A program made the translations under genes and the position numbers. 64,000 nucleotides of DNA, taken from sequence record ON287375.1. One strand, given 5' to 3'. Of this stretch, positions 49,778-59,974 are shown in pieces. The notes beneath the pieces are model-generated. The model was given only the letters and a program-made list of their open reading frames with translations, made no database searches and was not told the origin of the DNA. Within the stretch, counting starts at the first letter, position 1. Every line of letters begins with the position of its first letter.

Positions 49778-49795
49778 TCTTTTTATTATCTTGGG

Positions 49796-52618
49796 GTGAT
49801 ATCAATGCCTGCATATCAACTCTGCTATTCCCAAGAAGATAATCCATTGGTCGACTACTCCATTAAGAACATGTGGGGTAATCCAGAGCTGGACTCTCAA
49901 TACCAGATTAAACTGGCTAGAGTGTCCGGCCTCCAAGGTTTTGTTAATGACTTTGCTTACACCGGTAAACGCCGTTACTTACCTACCACTCTAGAATTCT
50001 ATCATGTCTTTACCTTAGGTGGTTTAGATACTGGATTCTGGAACTTGGGTAACCGTCAGCAAAGTTGGTATCCAATGGATGCCTGGGTAAGAGCATCTGA
50101 TTACTCTACTAAACGTGGAGTGGCTTTAGATTTTTATAAAGCCGATGGGAGTATGTTCCCACGAACTCAAGTATTCATCATGCCTTGCTTTGATGGTACG
50201 ACTTTAGTTTGCCTTCCTCGAAACGATAACTTCCCATTACCTTTAGATAAGAACTTGTACATGCACTGTTATACAACAGACATCAACACTTCTCTTATCA
50301 GTAATGAAAACCTACCTAAGTTTTCCTTTGGCTACTCTGGTGGTATTTATGTCCAACATGAGGACATGGAAACAGTACGTCTGAATTATGACACCTGGAA
50401 GAAGTTTAATATGGGGATGGTTTCTTTCTACCATAATGGTACATTGAAACCTATTGACTCTGTGACTTTAAAACCAGGTGATTTAATTGAAGCGTGTTAT
50501 GACCCTTCAATTGAAATGATTCTGAGTTACAAGTATAAGGGAATGCCTGACTACTATTCTACTCTGGACGAGAAGCGTAAAGTTATCTTGTTCCCAGGGT
50601 TCAAAGATGTTCCTCGGATGTATCGTTATTATGACGATTGTCGCTTCTATGTGAAGAACAAACGTAATAACAATGCTTACTACTATAACCGTAATAGTGA
50701 AGATGCTGTAAGACAGTTGACTCATCAAGACTACGGCATGGCGGCAAGTTATATTGAGTTCTTAGCTAACCGTTTGATTGCTGAGGATACATCTAAGAAA
50801 ACAACGATGAATGACATCGAGATCATGGTTGCTTATCATGCTACTCGTTGGCAGTTTAAACTCGGTCCTACTTCCAGTCGTATTAACGATCTTTATTTAC
50901 TTGAAGATCCTGTTAAGATTCTGGATGCAATGACGGGTTCTAATTCCAACGTTAAGGAGTGGCAAGCTGCTACACTGGAAGGTTCTCCAACCAACCATGT
51001 GTTAAACTCGATTGCACCTAAGTTAACTTCTGAACTGGTACGTGAAGGTTTGGGTTATCATGGTTGTTCTGTTGCCATGTCTAACTCTCCTTTATATATG
51101 CCTGCTGTTACTCCTGGTCAACCTGGGTTTAATGACATTTACCCAACGCCACCTTATACCTCTGGTTTAGGTTATGAAGTCCCTCCTACATTCGTACAGT
51201 CTTCAACCGCTTACGAATATGATATTGATGGGCTGCTTTTAAGAAAGCAATACGTCAAGAATCAAGAGTGGTATGCTCCTAATAAAGATACTGCTTATGT
51301 AGAATGGGTTCTGGGTAAAGCAACGACTTGGTTGGACTGGGAAGTCAGTCATGACGATATCAAGATTCGTTGTGGGTATGGTTTCAGGGTTTATAAAGCA
51401 CCATGGGCTATTGACCCAGATTGGGAACCTAAGGATCCAGTTCCTAATGAAATCAAGATCAGTAAAGATGGGACTAACCCATATCCACCTGATGGCGCTG
51501 AACTGAAGATTCTTAAGTACGGCGAAACCCCAACTGATCCAGATCCTTCTCTTCCTGAAGGTGGTAAAGTTGCAGGACCTTGGGTTGATATTACTGATAC
51601 TGATCAATACCGTATTGAGAATGGATATATCGTCTGGAACTTCGATACTGTAAACTATGTTGGGATGGTGGTGTTTGATACAGCTCACTTGTATAATGAG
51701 TTTGAATTGTCACACATCGATAACAGCTTAAGTTTCGGTATTACACACCAGTGGCCAATTGGTGGTCCTTTAGTGACTATTGAACCTGGTCAGTTAGATA
51801 TCTGGATGAACCGTCACCCTCTGATTGAGAACGTGGATTACATTGTGGATTTCCCAATGGTTCACATTATCAGTAAGATGTGGTTAGTAGATGGTCCTCA
51901 ATTTATCCAGTATCGTGGTACAGGTCTTTCTAAGAACGGACTAGTTCATACTAGTGAACTTGGCTTTGTTGCTGATGGTGTTATTGGTTATAATGGTCGT
52001 TACAATCTTCGTATTGATCGTCCAACCAAAACTATCATCGGTGGTAGACTTTATTTAACCCCAACTGTTGACTGGGCTGAAGATATCCATCACGGTCACA
52101 ACTTGAATAAATTAAATGGCTGGCCTTATGAGGTTAAACATATTTATTCTGCTAACAAGTATGTTGATTGGTATAACACGTACTGGGGTTATGATGCTGC
52201 TCTGGAAGTAGATAAACGGGTTTCTGATTATCTTACTGAGTACGCTACATATAAAGCGCCATGGTCTCCAATTCTCCCTTATCTTGAAGAAGATAAATAT
52301 ACCTTGTTCAGTCCTTTCCTTAGCAGGATTGTAAATGAACTGGTATTGGGGTTCTTAGATGCGCCTAAACCATCTGGGTTAGAAGTCCCTTATCCAGACC
52401 AGACTGTTTATGAATTGATCAAGCCTTATGAATGGATGCTTAAATATGATCCTATCACACTGGGTTATGATCTTCGTTACTTCACAGTCCATCCGTACAG
52501 TAACTTGAAGAAACTTACTGTAACTCCTGATCAAATGACTTTTATAAGTGTCGTCAATAATTTGTTCCTGGAAGGGAAGATAAAAATTGAAGGTCACTTT
52601 GAGGTGAAACATGTTTGA
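49796..52618 (+). CDS. Virion structural protein, baseplate candidate (phiKZ gp27-like)
   Basis: 940 aa; synteny (ATG 49805 is an alternative start). Confidence 0.65.
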   Translation: MISMPAYQLCYSQEDNPLVDYSIKNMWGNPELDSQYQIKLARVSGLQGFVNDFAYTGKRRYLPTTLEFYHVFTLGGLDTGFWNLGNRQQSWYPMDAWVRASDYSTKRGVALDFYKADGSMFPRTQVFIMPCFDGTTLVCLPRNDNFPLPLDKNLYMHCYTTDINTSLISNENLPKFSFGYSGGIYVQHEDMETVRLNYDTWKKFNMGMVSFYHNGTLKPIDSVTLKPGDLIEACYDPSIEMILSYKYKGMPDYYSTLDEKRKVILFPGFKDVPRMYRYYDDCRFYVKNKRNNNAYYYNRNSEDAVRQLTHQDYGMAASYIEFLANRLIAEDTSKKTTMNDIEIMVAYHATRWQFKLGPTSSRINDLYLLEDPVKILDAMTGSNSNVKEWQAATLEGSPTNHVLNSIAPKLTSELVREGLGYHGCSVAMSNSPLYMPAVTPGQPGFNDIYPTPPYTSGLGYEVPPTFVQSSTAYEYDIDGLLLRKQYVKNQEWYAPNKDTAYVEWVLGKATTWLDWEVSHDDIKIRCGYGFRVYKAPWAIDPDWEPKDPVPNEIKISKDGTNPYPPDGAELKILKYGETPTDPDPSLPEGGKVAGPWVDITDTDQYRIENGYIVWNFDTVNYVGMVVFDTAHLYNEFELSHIDNSLSFGITHQWPIGGPLVTIEPGQLDIWMNRHPLIENVDYIVDFPMVHIISKMWLVDGPQFIQYRGTGLSKNGLVHTSELGFVADGVIGYNGRYNLRIDRPTKTIIGGRLYLTPTVDWAEDIHHGHNLNKLNGWPYEVKHIYSANKYVDWYNTYWGYDAALEVDKRVSDYLTEYATYKAPWSPILPYLEEDKYTLFSPFLSRIVNELVLGFLDAPKPSGLEVPYPDQTVYELIKPYEWMLKYDPITLGYDLRYFTVHPYSNLKKLTVTPDQMTFISVVNNLFLEGKIKIEGHFEVKHV

Positions 52619-54353
52619 TAACAAGCCGCTACCACCCGGCCAAGGTCCCATCGCTCCAGGTAATGATCCTCAGATCAGGAACGAAGGTGACTTAAAACGG
52701 GTTTGGTATTTGGATCAGATTTATAACCCTGATATCCACCCTGTTAAAGACATGATGAAATATGTAATTCCTCTTGAAGGGGAATTAGTCCACGATACAG
52801 CTAACCACCGTATCTTGGAAGTTTCGCATGTCGATCGTTATGCAACCTGGAAGACTACCTTTGTAAACTACTTCTTGTTACCTGAGAAAGATGAATCGGA
52901 TTACGATCTCTTCCCAAGTCATGAGTATGGTTTCCTGCAAGGTGAGTTGGCATTAGCAATCGATTACTCTGTACGTCCTCCTGTGGCTCGTGTGGATAGT
53001 AACTGCGTTGCTCCTAATGCTGCTTATGGTCTGTTATACCTGGGTAGTATCATTGGTGAGAAAGGCAAGATTATTTCCTCGACTTATTCTGGTCAGGATT
53101 TCATCAGTAATAAGATCCCAGTATCTCCTGTTGTTTATGACAACTTAGAGAACAAGGTTATTGTTGGTGCCGATAGTTTCTCTGTTCAATTGAACGAAGC
53201 TGCTCTGCCAAATGGTACTCGTTGTACTCTGGTTTATTACGATAATGCCGGTCGTCCAATTCCACCTACTTATCCAGTAGTGGTTCAACACTGTGCTTAT
53301 CTGAGAGATCATCAGTTGGATAAACGTTACGTTAAATCCATCGAGCTGATTTCTCCATGGTTCACTAACAGTACCAAACCGAACACCATGTTCGTCCCTG
53401 TTAACTTGCCATTGACTGCTGTTGAATTCAGAGCCCGTGTACTTTATAGTAATGGTGATTCTGAAGAGATGCCGGTCAACTCGTTTAACGGTGATAACGG
53501 GTTTACTCTTATTGGTACTGACCAGTATAAACCAACTACCCCAGGTCAGGTTTCTGATGCACTGGTTCTTACCTACGCATTTAAAGAATCTGAACAAGCT
53601 CTGATTGCACAACCTGGTTCTCCTAATCACATGTCGGTTAGTTATGAGATTGTAGCGACTCCAAGCCAAGGTGCTTATAGTCCTCGTATCTATACCTACC
53701 CATATTGGGATCCAGCTGACGGTTATAAACTCCGTCACTACTTGACTGACTTGGATCGTAAGTACTGTCGTGATGTTACTGATAAGGTAACACTCAATGA
53801 AGGTTCTCCAGTCTTTGAAGGTCAGAAGTACGGTGAAGAACAACCAATGATCTTTAACCTGAATATGCGCGATGTTTCTCCTACCTATGAACCATGGGCA
53901 TTCATTCAGTATACAACGATCACACTGTTCAACGCAGCTTTGGCAACTGGTCGTAAATGGGATGTCCGACATTCCTATAACCGTCCAGCTTTCCACAACC
54001 TGACCATGGAATTCGTTCCACAGACTGGCGGAAACAATATTGCTAAGTTCGCAGACATCACTACTGATGCTGATTTCTTGGATAAAGGTTATTGGGCATT
54101 CGAGCCAATTTATGACCCACGTCAAGAAGTTAAAGCACCTACACCAACTCACTTCGATTTGGTTAAAGTAGATGGTACTGCAGTTACTGCTATCCCAATT
54201 GCAAGTTGGAAGAATCCTCCATTAGCAAGTCTACCTGTTAATGACGGTGAAACTCTTTACATTCGTTGGGTGCGTCGTGACGCTACCGGTGCAGAACTCC
54301 AATTGGGTGTTTCAGCAACCATGTGTAAGAAAGTTACTGCTTTAAGCAAATAA
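52611..54353 (+). CDS. Virion structural protein (phiKZ gp26-like)
   Basis: 580 aa; synteny. Confidence 0.65.
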   Translation: MFDNKPLPPGQGPIAPGNDPQIRNEGDLKRVWYLDQIYNPDIHPVKDMMKYVIPLEGELVHDTANHRILEVSHVDRYATWKTTFVNYFLLPEKDESDYDLFPSHEYGFLQGELALAIDYSVRPPVARVDSNCVAPNAAYGLLYLGSIIGEKGKIISSTYSGQDFISNKIPVSPVVYDNLENKVIVGADSFSVQLNEAALPNGTRCTLVYYDNAGRPIPPTYPVVVQHCAYLRDHQLDKRYVKSIELISPWFTNSTKPNTMFVPVNLPLTAVEFRARVLYSNGDSEEMPVNSFNGDNGFTLIGTDQYKPTTPGQVSDALVLTYAFKESEQALIAQPGSPNHMSVSYEIVATPSQGAYSPRIYTYPYWDPADGYKLRHYLTDLDRKYCRDVTDKVTLNEGSPVFEGQKYGEEQPMIFNLNMRDVSPTYEPWAFIQYTTITLFNAALATGRKWDVRHSYNRPAFHNLTMEFVPQTGGNNIAKFADITTDADFLDKGYWAFEPIYDPRQEVKAPTPTHFDLVKVDGTAVTAIPIASWKNPPLASLPVNDGETLYIRWVRRDATGAELQLGVSATMCKKVTALSK

Positions 54354-54358
54354 CATAA

Positions 54359-54394
54359 ACTAGCTATTCCACCCAACAGGGTGGAATAGCTATT
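54359..54394. terminator. Bidirectional hairpin terminator
   Basis: tagctattccaccc-aaca-gggtggaatagcta between convergent genes. Confidence 0.75.
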
Positions 54395-54401
54395 ATGCTG
54401 T

Positions 54402-56732
54402 TTAGTAATAACGACTACGTGTACCAAAGCGACTTGCTTTAGAACGTTGTTCGATTAAACGTTTACTACGTTCTTGTTTAGCATTCTCTATGATTTCATC
54501 GATAGTAATTGTTTTACGGAGTTCCTTAGGTATCAACTCAGACAGTTTGCGAATTTCCATCTCGATACGAACCGCTAAGGTATTATTGTCAGAACTTAAC
54601 AGTTCTTTAGTCAACAAGTTAATACGTTCACGAATCTTAGTAAAGAGATCCAACTGCGCTTTGTTATACTGAGGAGCTTGACCTTGATCTCTGAGTGAGG
54701 TGATCTCGATCATTGTTGCGCCTTGTGGAATACCATAAAGGGTTTTGTTATAACCCAGTTTGATAAACCAATAAGTTAACAACCATGCAATTACCAAGTC
54801 ATCATGACCTGAGGATTTGTGGTCAATACGACCATCCTTATCAACTTCTAATCCAATCAGCTCATCGATCAAAAGTTTGTATCTGATAACAGCGCCCGTT
54901 AATGAAATGGCTTCGTGAATAAAGCCATACATTTGTCTACGAGTTTCTGGACCAGTATGGAAACCAAACTTACCTTTGAAACGAAGATAGAATTCCTTAG
55001 TACGATGTTTGAAGTTCATCTCCATGACATCGCGATATTCATTCTTATACTTAACTGGATCTTGGAAGATATCATTAAAGATACGAGTAAATGGATCGAT
55101 ACCATATGCAGGTAATGTAATCAATAAACGTTCGATCATCATTGCTGCACGGTTACGCTCAATTACCAACATACTGTTAGGGATTCTAATCAGTAACTCT
55201 TTAACAACATCAGTTACATCATCAAGGAAAGCTAGAGCATAACGTCCTGTACCGACAACCTCACCGGACTTCATACGTCTGATAACGAGAGTACAAGCAT
55301 CTCGGTCGTTGGCATCTGAAGTATCCATCCCATAGAGTAGATATTCAGACTCGTCATGTTTGTAAGCTTCTACAATCTCTTCTGGAATGAACCAGTCAAC
55401 AAACAGGCCGGTATCACCAATCTCTTCATTTCGACAGTGTTCTACTTTACTTTCCGCAAGTTTCTCACGAGTAAAGTCATCGAAGAGTTTATTCATCCCT
55501 TCTTCAGTCCACATCATCAACAAGTCGATCTTAGCCTTAGACCAAGATAGGCCCAATTTGTCCATGGTCTCTTTAACCCAAGAATGACCAAAGCCAAGTT
55601 GAAGGTGTGTAAACATCATACCCACTTTAGGATAAGTTGTTTTAACTGGGGATGCTTTCATGATACGTTTAACGAGATGGGTCTCAGAGAAACTATCGAA
55701 GAAGCTTTCACGCCATTCAGTAGACGACATAAAGTCATCGTGCATGTAACGACCTTCCTCTTTAAGAACGGAGTTAGGTGTTGTAGCTTTGGCTGTGAAA
55801 TAAGGAATCCCTTTCTCGCGTGCTTCCTTCTGTGCAGTCAGGGTCGCAGGACCCGAACCGTTGATAATGTTCTCGATGTATTTCGTCCATGCAGGTTCGT
55901 CATACAACAGAACTTCAAAGGTTGAACCACGAGATACGTTCTCTGCACCATCTGCACCACCTGAAGGTACACGGACCTCAAAGGTGTTCTTCTTATCCTC
56001 ACCAAAGGCTTGATAGGTTAAGGCATTACCAGCATCCTTATCCTTATAAGTCATGTTAGTTAGATATTCAGGTAGACCCGCTCGTATCTTCTTAAGTGCT
56101 TCAACGAACTGCATTCGGTTAGCTGCAGCAAGTGTAATCAATCCAGTACGGAAACCACGGCCTAACAAATACTGCATAATAAATGCAAGTACCTGCATCC
56201 CAACTGTTTTACCAGACTGGCGAGGCATTAGGATGGTTGTAGGGATATGGTTAACGCAAGACCAGATAAACGAGATTACCGCACGGTTACCACGGAATCT
56301 ACGCCCACCGATTTTAATAACCTCACGGAGAATGTACCAGATGTTTTCGTTACATTCATTCAAGATCATCATACGTTGTTCATCGGTCAAGTCTTCCGAC
56401 CAAGGATCGAGATCTTTAATAAGTGGGTTGTTAATCTGCAGCAGGAAGTAATAGTTCTTAATTCCCATCTGTCTGAATAGTTCAGCAGTACGCAAGAAAC
56501 TCTTGTTAGTTGTTTCTGTATGTACCCCTGCACCATAACGAGAGAAGTCTTTCAAGAACCTTACCGTTTTAAGTGTCCAGAGAGAATCCTCATTATAGTG
56601 AGCCATGATTCGTTCATCATGATCTTCTAATTTGTTACGCTCATTCTTATCGTCCATCAGGTATTCTGGTAAAGACCCAGGCTTTAGTCCCTGATGCGCT
56701 AAGAGCTTCTTAGCGATGTCTAATTGATTCAT
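54402..56732 (-). CDS. terL: Terminase large subunit
   Basis: Walker A MPRQSGKT, Walker B LLYDEP, nuclease YGMDTS and HDDLVIAW. Confidence 0.92.
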   Translation of the reverse strand: MNQLDIAKKLLAHQGLKPGSLPEYLMDDKNERNKLEDHDERIMAHYNEDSLWTLKTVRFLKDFSRYGAGVHTETTNKSFLRTAELFRQMGIKNYYFLLQINNPLIKDLDPWSEDLTDEQRMMILNECNENIWYILREVIKIGGRRFRGNRAVISFIWSCVNHIPTTILMPRQSGKTVGMQVLAFIMQYLLGRGFRTGLITLAAANRMQFVEALKKIRAGLPEYLTNMTYKDKDAGNALTYQAFGEDKKNTFEVRVPSGGADGAENVSRGSTFEVLLYDEPAWTKYIENIINGSGPATLTAQKEAREKGIPYFTAKATTPNSVLKEEGRYMHDDFMSSTEWRESFFDSFSETHLVKRIMKASPVKTTYPKVGMMFTHLQLGFGHSWVKETMDKLGLSWSKAKIDLLMMWTEEGMNKLFDDFTREKLAESKVEHCRNEEIGDTGLFVDWFIPEEIVEAYKHDESEYLLYGMDTSDANDRDACTLVIRRMKSGEVVGTGRYALAFLDDVTDVVKELLIRIPNSMLVIERNRAAMMIERLLITLPAYGIDPFTRIFNDIFQDPVKYKNEYRDVMEMNFKHRTKEFYLRFKGKFGFHTGPETRRQMYGFIHEAISLTGAVIRYKLLIDELIGLEVDKDGRIDHKSSGHDDLVIAWLLTYWFIKLGYNKTLYGIPQGATMIEITSLRDQGQAPQYNKAQLDLFTKIRERINLLTKELLSSDNNTLAVRIEMEIRKLSELIPKELRKTITIDEIIENAKQERSKRLIEQRSKASRFGTRSRYY

Positions 56733-56817
56733 TTGATAAACTACCCCTCTAATTTTTGAAAGCCCGCATAGGCCCTTGCAGGCACTCTAATACAAAGTAT
56801 TACGATAAACAACAAAG

Positions 56818-56852
56818 ACCCCTACCCACCCCAGTTAAGGAGTGAGTAGGAA
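56818..56852 (-). terminator. Degenerate member of the repeated palindrome family
   Basis: cctacccacccc-agttaa-ggagtgagtagg downstream of tmk. Confidence 0.5.
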
Positions 56853-56863
56853 TCTTTATAAGG

Positions 56864-57490
56864 TTATGCAAATTTAGCTTGCGCTTCTTTGATTAACCCA
56901 ATGACTTCTTCAACAGGAGTTGCTGGTTTAATCGTCACGATAACAGTTCGACGATCACCACTACTCAACAACTCAATGGCGTCTAAATATTTTTGACGCT
57001 GAGCTTCGAAGTTAGTTGGATTCTGTAGCCAGATTTCTTTATTATCGAGAACGCGAGTACCGTTATTACAACGTTCCATGTAAGTCTCATAATCAAGATC
57101 AATAAAGACCAGGATATCTGGGATAGCAGAATAACCATAACTGTTGAGAATATCTTCGTTCATTTTCAGAACGGTTGCTTGATCAGCTTCTTTCGAAGAT
57201 TGGTATACCATCGAACTGACAACACAACGATCAGAGATAATATCCCGACCTCTCGAAAGGTAAGGGTGCTTGACTTTCTGGTTAGCTTCGACACGTTGAG
57301 CGATCAAAGCCATGATCTCATAAACCTTAGGTGCTTGGTTTTGAGTGATCATATCTTTCACTTGTTTAGAGTGCAACGTTTCTGTGAACGGTTCACCAAC
57401 ATGGCGTGCTTTAAATGCATACGCAAGTTGTTTAGCAAGTGTAGATTTACCAGAGAGATCGAGGCCCTCTAAAGCTATATCAAAAGACAT
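56864..57490 (-). CDS. tmk: Thymidylate kinase
   Basis: IALEGLDLSGKST P-loop; IISDR...SSMVYQ motif. Confidence 0.92.
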   Translation of the reverse strand: MSFDIALEGLDLSGKSTLAKQLAYAFKARHVGEPFTETLHSKQVKDMITQNQAPKVYEIMALIAQRVEANQKVKHPYLSRGRDIISDRCVVSSMVYQSSKEADQATVLKMNEDILNSYGYSAIPDILVFIDLDYETYMERCNNGTRVLDNKEIWLQNPTNFEAQRQKYLDAIELLSSGDRRTVIVTIKPATPVEEVIGLIKEAQAKFA

Positions 57491-58956
57491 TACCGGTATG
57501 ACTCCATAGTTAAGGTTCTTAAAACAATATACAACATTAAAGAGGTTCTGAGAGAAGTGATCTTGATATCAGTTTTGATACCCGTCATCGCTTTAACTAA
57601 CTCATCACCATTTTTTCTCAATTTGAATAACAGAGCATTTGTGGACTTACTTGAAGTATAAGCACCACGGATCTTGAAGAACACATTCTTCAGGTCATTA
57701 TGCCGAATAGAGTTGGTCGCTAAATACTCAAACAAGTGAGTGGTGACATCATCAACAAACTCACGATATTGTTCTCCCTTCGGATGAGAATACTGAGCTG
57801 GGAAATCACGGATGATCATTTCCAACTTATCTTCATCAGTACGAGGGATTGCTTTAGCTGCATAAGTTGCGAGTTCCTGTTTAAAGAAACTGTTCTTATC
57901 CACCAGTACGGTACCGATATAGTTCTTATAACGGTTAACCTGTTTCTGAACATCTTTAATGTTCAGCTCTCCATCCAGTACAGCAAGACCTGAGTCTGTC
58001 TCTACTAAATCAACTGAGTCTTTAATTTCATACAGAACCTTAGTGTAGTCATTGATGACACCCTTAAGACGGGATTCCATGTCATTGACCATATATACTA
58101 TTTTCTTATCATTATCCATCTTAGCAAAGGCATCGAAGTGAATACCTGTACGAGGGTCGATAATGAACTCACCACGAGCACGGAAGAGATCAGTCCATGA
58201 ACCATAGCGCTTAATATCAAACTTCAAGGAGAGCTTGTTATAGGCTGTTACAGCAACACTCGGTTTCACCAGATAACCGAAGTAGTGGTTCATGATCGAA
58301 GTCATAATGCGGTAGTGGAACAACATTACTAAATTGATCAGCGCATCTTCTTTCAAGTTTCTAGGGAGACTTGAAATTTGAACACGGTGCATCAGATAAA
58401 CGATCGACAAGTTAAAAGCTTCAGAAGAAACTTTAAAGTCTTTGTTGATCCATTTGGTTTTAATCAATTCATCACGGAGTCTTACTTCATCAACATCAAT
58501 AATGTCACGGAAGAAAGTCACGCGGTCAGAAGTTTTAAACAAGATACGGTGAGTACCTAAGTAAGGAGAACCGAAGAACTCTGTATGATCATTGTCTTTG
58601 GTAGCAAACCCATAAACATATCTTTTCAGGTTTCTTGTCCAGCGTTCATTAATTACCAGGTCATCAACTAATGCATCAAAGATATCTTTAACTGCATCAT
58701 CACGATCATAGTTAAAGTTAGGCTGTAAGGCTTCAAAGCCAGCCATGTACTCTGCATTATTCAGATAGGACTCAAACCCACCAAACTGATTTAGAGCGAC
58801 TTCAGGACCAAACAGGGTGAATGGTTGATCCCGTTGTTCTAAACCTGCTAGTAAGGCTCTCAGCTCGTTATCTGATAATGATTCTTCCATACGGTCTTCT
58901 TCAGACTGTGGAATATAACTTTGCCTAATTGAATAGGCTGCATTGGAGAGATTCAT
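57490..58956 (-). CDS. Conserved virion protein (phiKZ gp32-like)
   Basis: 488 aa; GFE motifs in the N-terminus; synteny. Confidence 0.6.
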   Translation of the reverse strand: MNLSNAAYSIRQSYIPQSEEDRMEESLSDNELRALLAGLEQRDQPFTLFGPEVALNQFGGFESYLNNAEYMAGFEALQPNFNYDRDDAVKDIFDALVDDLVINERWTRNLKRYVYGFATKDNDHTEFFGSPYLGTHRILFKTSDRVTFFRDIIDVDEVRLRDELIKTKWINKDFKVSSEAFNLSIVYLMHRVQISSLPRNLKEDALINLVMLFHYRIMTSIMNHYFGYLVKPSVAVTAYNKLSLKFDIKRYGSWTDLFRARGEFIIDPRTGIHFDAFAKMDNDKKIVYMVNDMESRLKGVINDYTKVLYEIKDSVDLVETDSGLAVLDGELNIKDVQKQVNRYKNYIGTVLVDKNSFFKQELATYAAKAIPRTDEDKLEMIIRDFPAQYSHPKGEQYREFVDDVTTHLFEYLATNSIRHNDLKNVFFKIRGAYTSSKSTNALLFKLRKNGDELVKAMTGIKTDIKITSLRTSLMLYIVLRTLTMESYR

Positions 58957-59801
58957 TAACGTTTCCTTGGGACTGTCATCTTAATTGCATCAGACTTACC
59001 TTTCGGATCAGCATAAGCAAGATATTTCTTAATCTCATTATTATACAGATCTTTGAACTCACGGTGAGCATCGGCATAACCTTGGATATCATCCTGAACA
59101 TCTTCAACAGTTACACCGAAACGTGAAACTGCTTCTTGCATACCACGACGACATGTCTTATAGATATAAGCTTTAACACCAAGTTCTACTAGCTCGGCAA
59201 ACTTGTCATACATTCTTGCAGGTATAACGCTGAAGTGTTCGTCATAAGACAGAATAACTTTAGCGATCATATTAAACATCGCAGAACCAGCGTCACGGAT
59301 AATAAAGGAGTTATTACCTGTCATGGTGAAGCTAGTAAAGGAACGTTGAACCTGACCATCGTCCAAACCGTTAATTAAGCGGTTAAGACTATTGTTCATC
59401 ATACCAGAACCACAAGCTGCATAGTTATTAAAGTTATAACCATTGTTGATAGCTCGGTTGATGTTACCTGGGTAAACTTCCAAGACAGAAAGAATACGAC
59501 GACCACCTGTCATGAAGTCAGGAACGTTAACTGCGATGATACCACCGGAAAGGTTTTCAATATGTGCTGCGCTAAGATCGATGATCTCCGTAGTACCGCC
59601 AGCCACATTAAGTAAAGGACCAACCATTTTCATGATGACCTTTTCACGAATACCTTGTTCTACAGTAAACTCGTCATTCACTGGAGCCCAGATACTTCCA
59701 TAACCGTTATTTGGATTATGGAAGGCTAGCTTCAATAAATATTCAGAGATGTCGGTAGGACCATTGATCACATACTCAACACTAAAATCAACTGGATTCA
59801 C
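58956..59801 (-). CDS. Conserved phiKZ-like protein (gp33-like position)
   Basis: 281 aa, GTG start after GGAGG. Confidence 0.65.
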   Translation of the reverse strand: MNPVDFSVEYVINGPTDISEYLLKLAFHNPNNGYGSIWAPVNDEFTVEQGIREKVIMKMVGPLLNVAGGTTEIIDLSAAHIENLSGGIIAVNVPDFMTGGRRILSVLEVYPGNINRAINNGYNFNNYAACGSGMMNNSLNRLINGLDDGQVQRSFTSFTMTGNNSFIIRDAGSAMFNMIAKVILSYDEHFSVIPARMYDKFAELVELGVKAYIYKTCRRGMQEAVSRFGVTVEDVQDDIQGYADAHREFKDLYNNEIKKYLAYADPKGKSDAIKMTVPRKR

Positions 59802-59924
59802 TTGAACCCTCCTAAATACTATTTCGAAATAGACCTTTATAGAAAGGCAATGATCTCACTATCCAACCATCCTAGGTTTGTTAATAGAGAGAAGACGTCA
59901 TATGATTTAAAACTAAAAGACAAA

Positions 59925-59969
59925 CATAAACCCCTACCCCAACCTTTCGGAAGGGGTAGGGAGTAAATG
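59925..59969 (-). terminator. Member of the repeated palindrome family, closing the RNA operon
   Basis: cccctacccc...ggggtaggg hairpin. Confidence 0.65.
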
Positions 59970-59974
59970 CTTAG

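Noticed and set aside
43126-54152. Long antisense ORFs 43126-43839, 45673-46392, 46581-47258, 47316-48548 and 53145-54152
   Set aside because: Expected by-product of strong codon bias on the opposite strand; no recognisable motifs
120-59703. Many 60-190-aa ORFs antisense to or overlapping long genes (e.g. 7795-8364, 20495-21064, 32310-32858)
   Set aside because: No RBS, atypical composition, and they shadow well-supported genes
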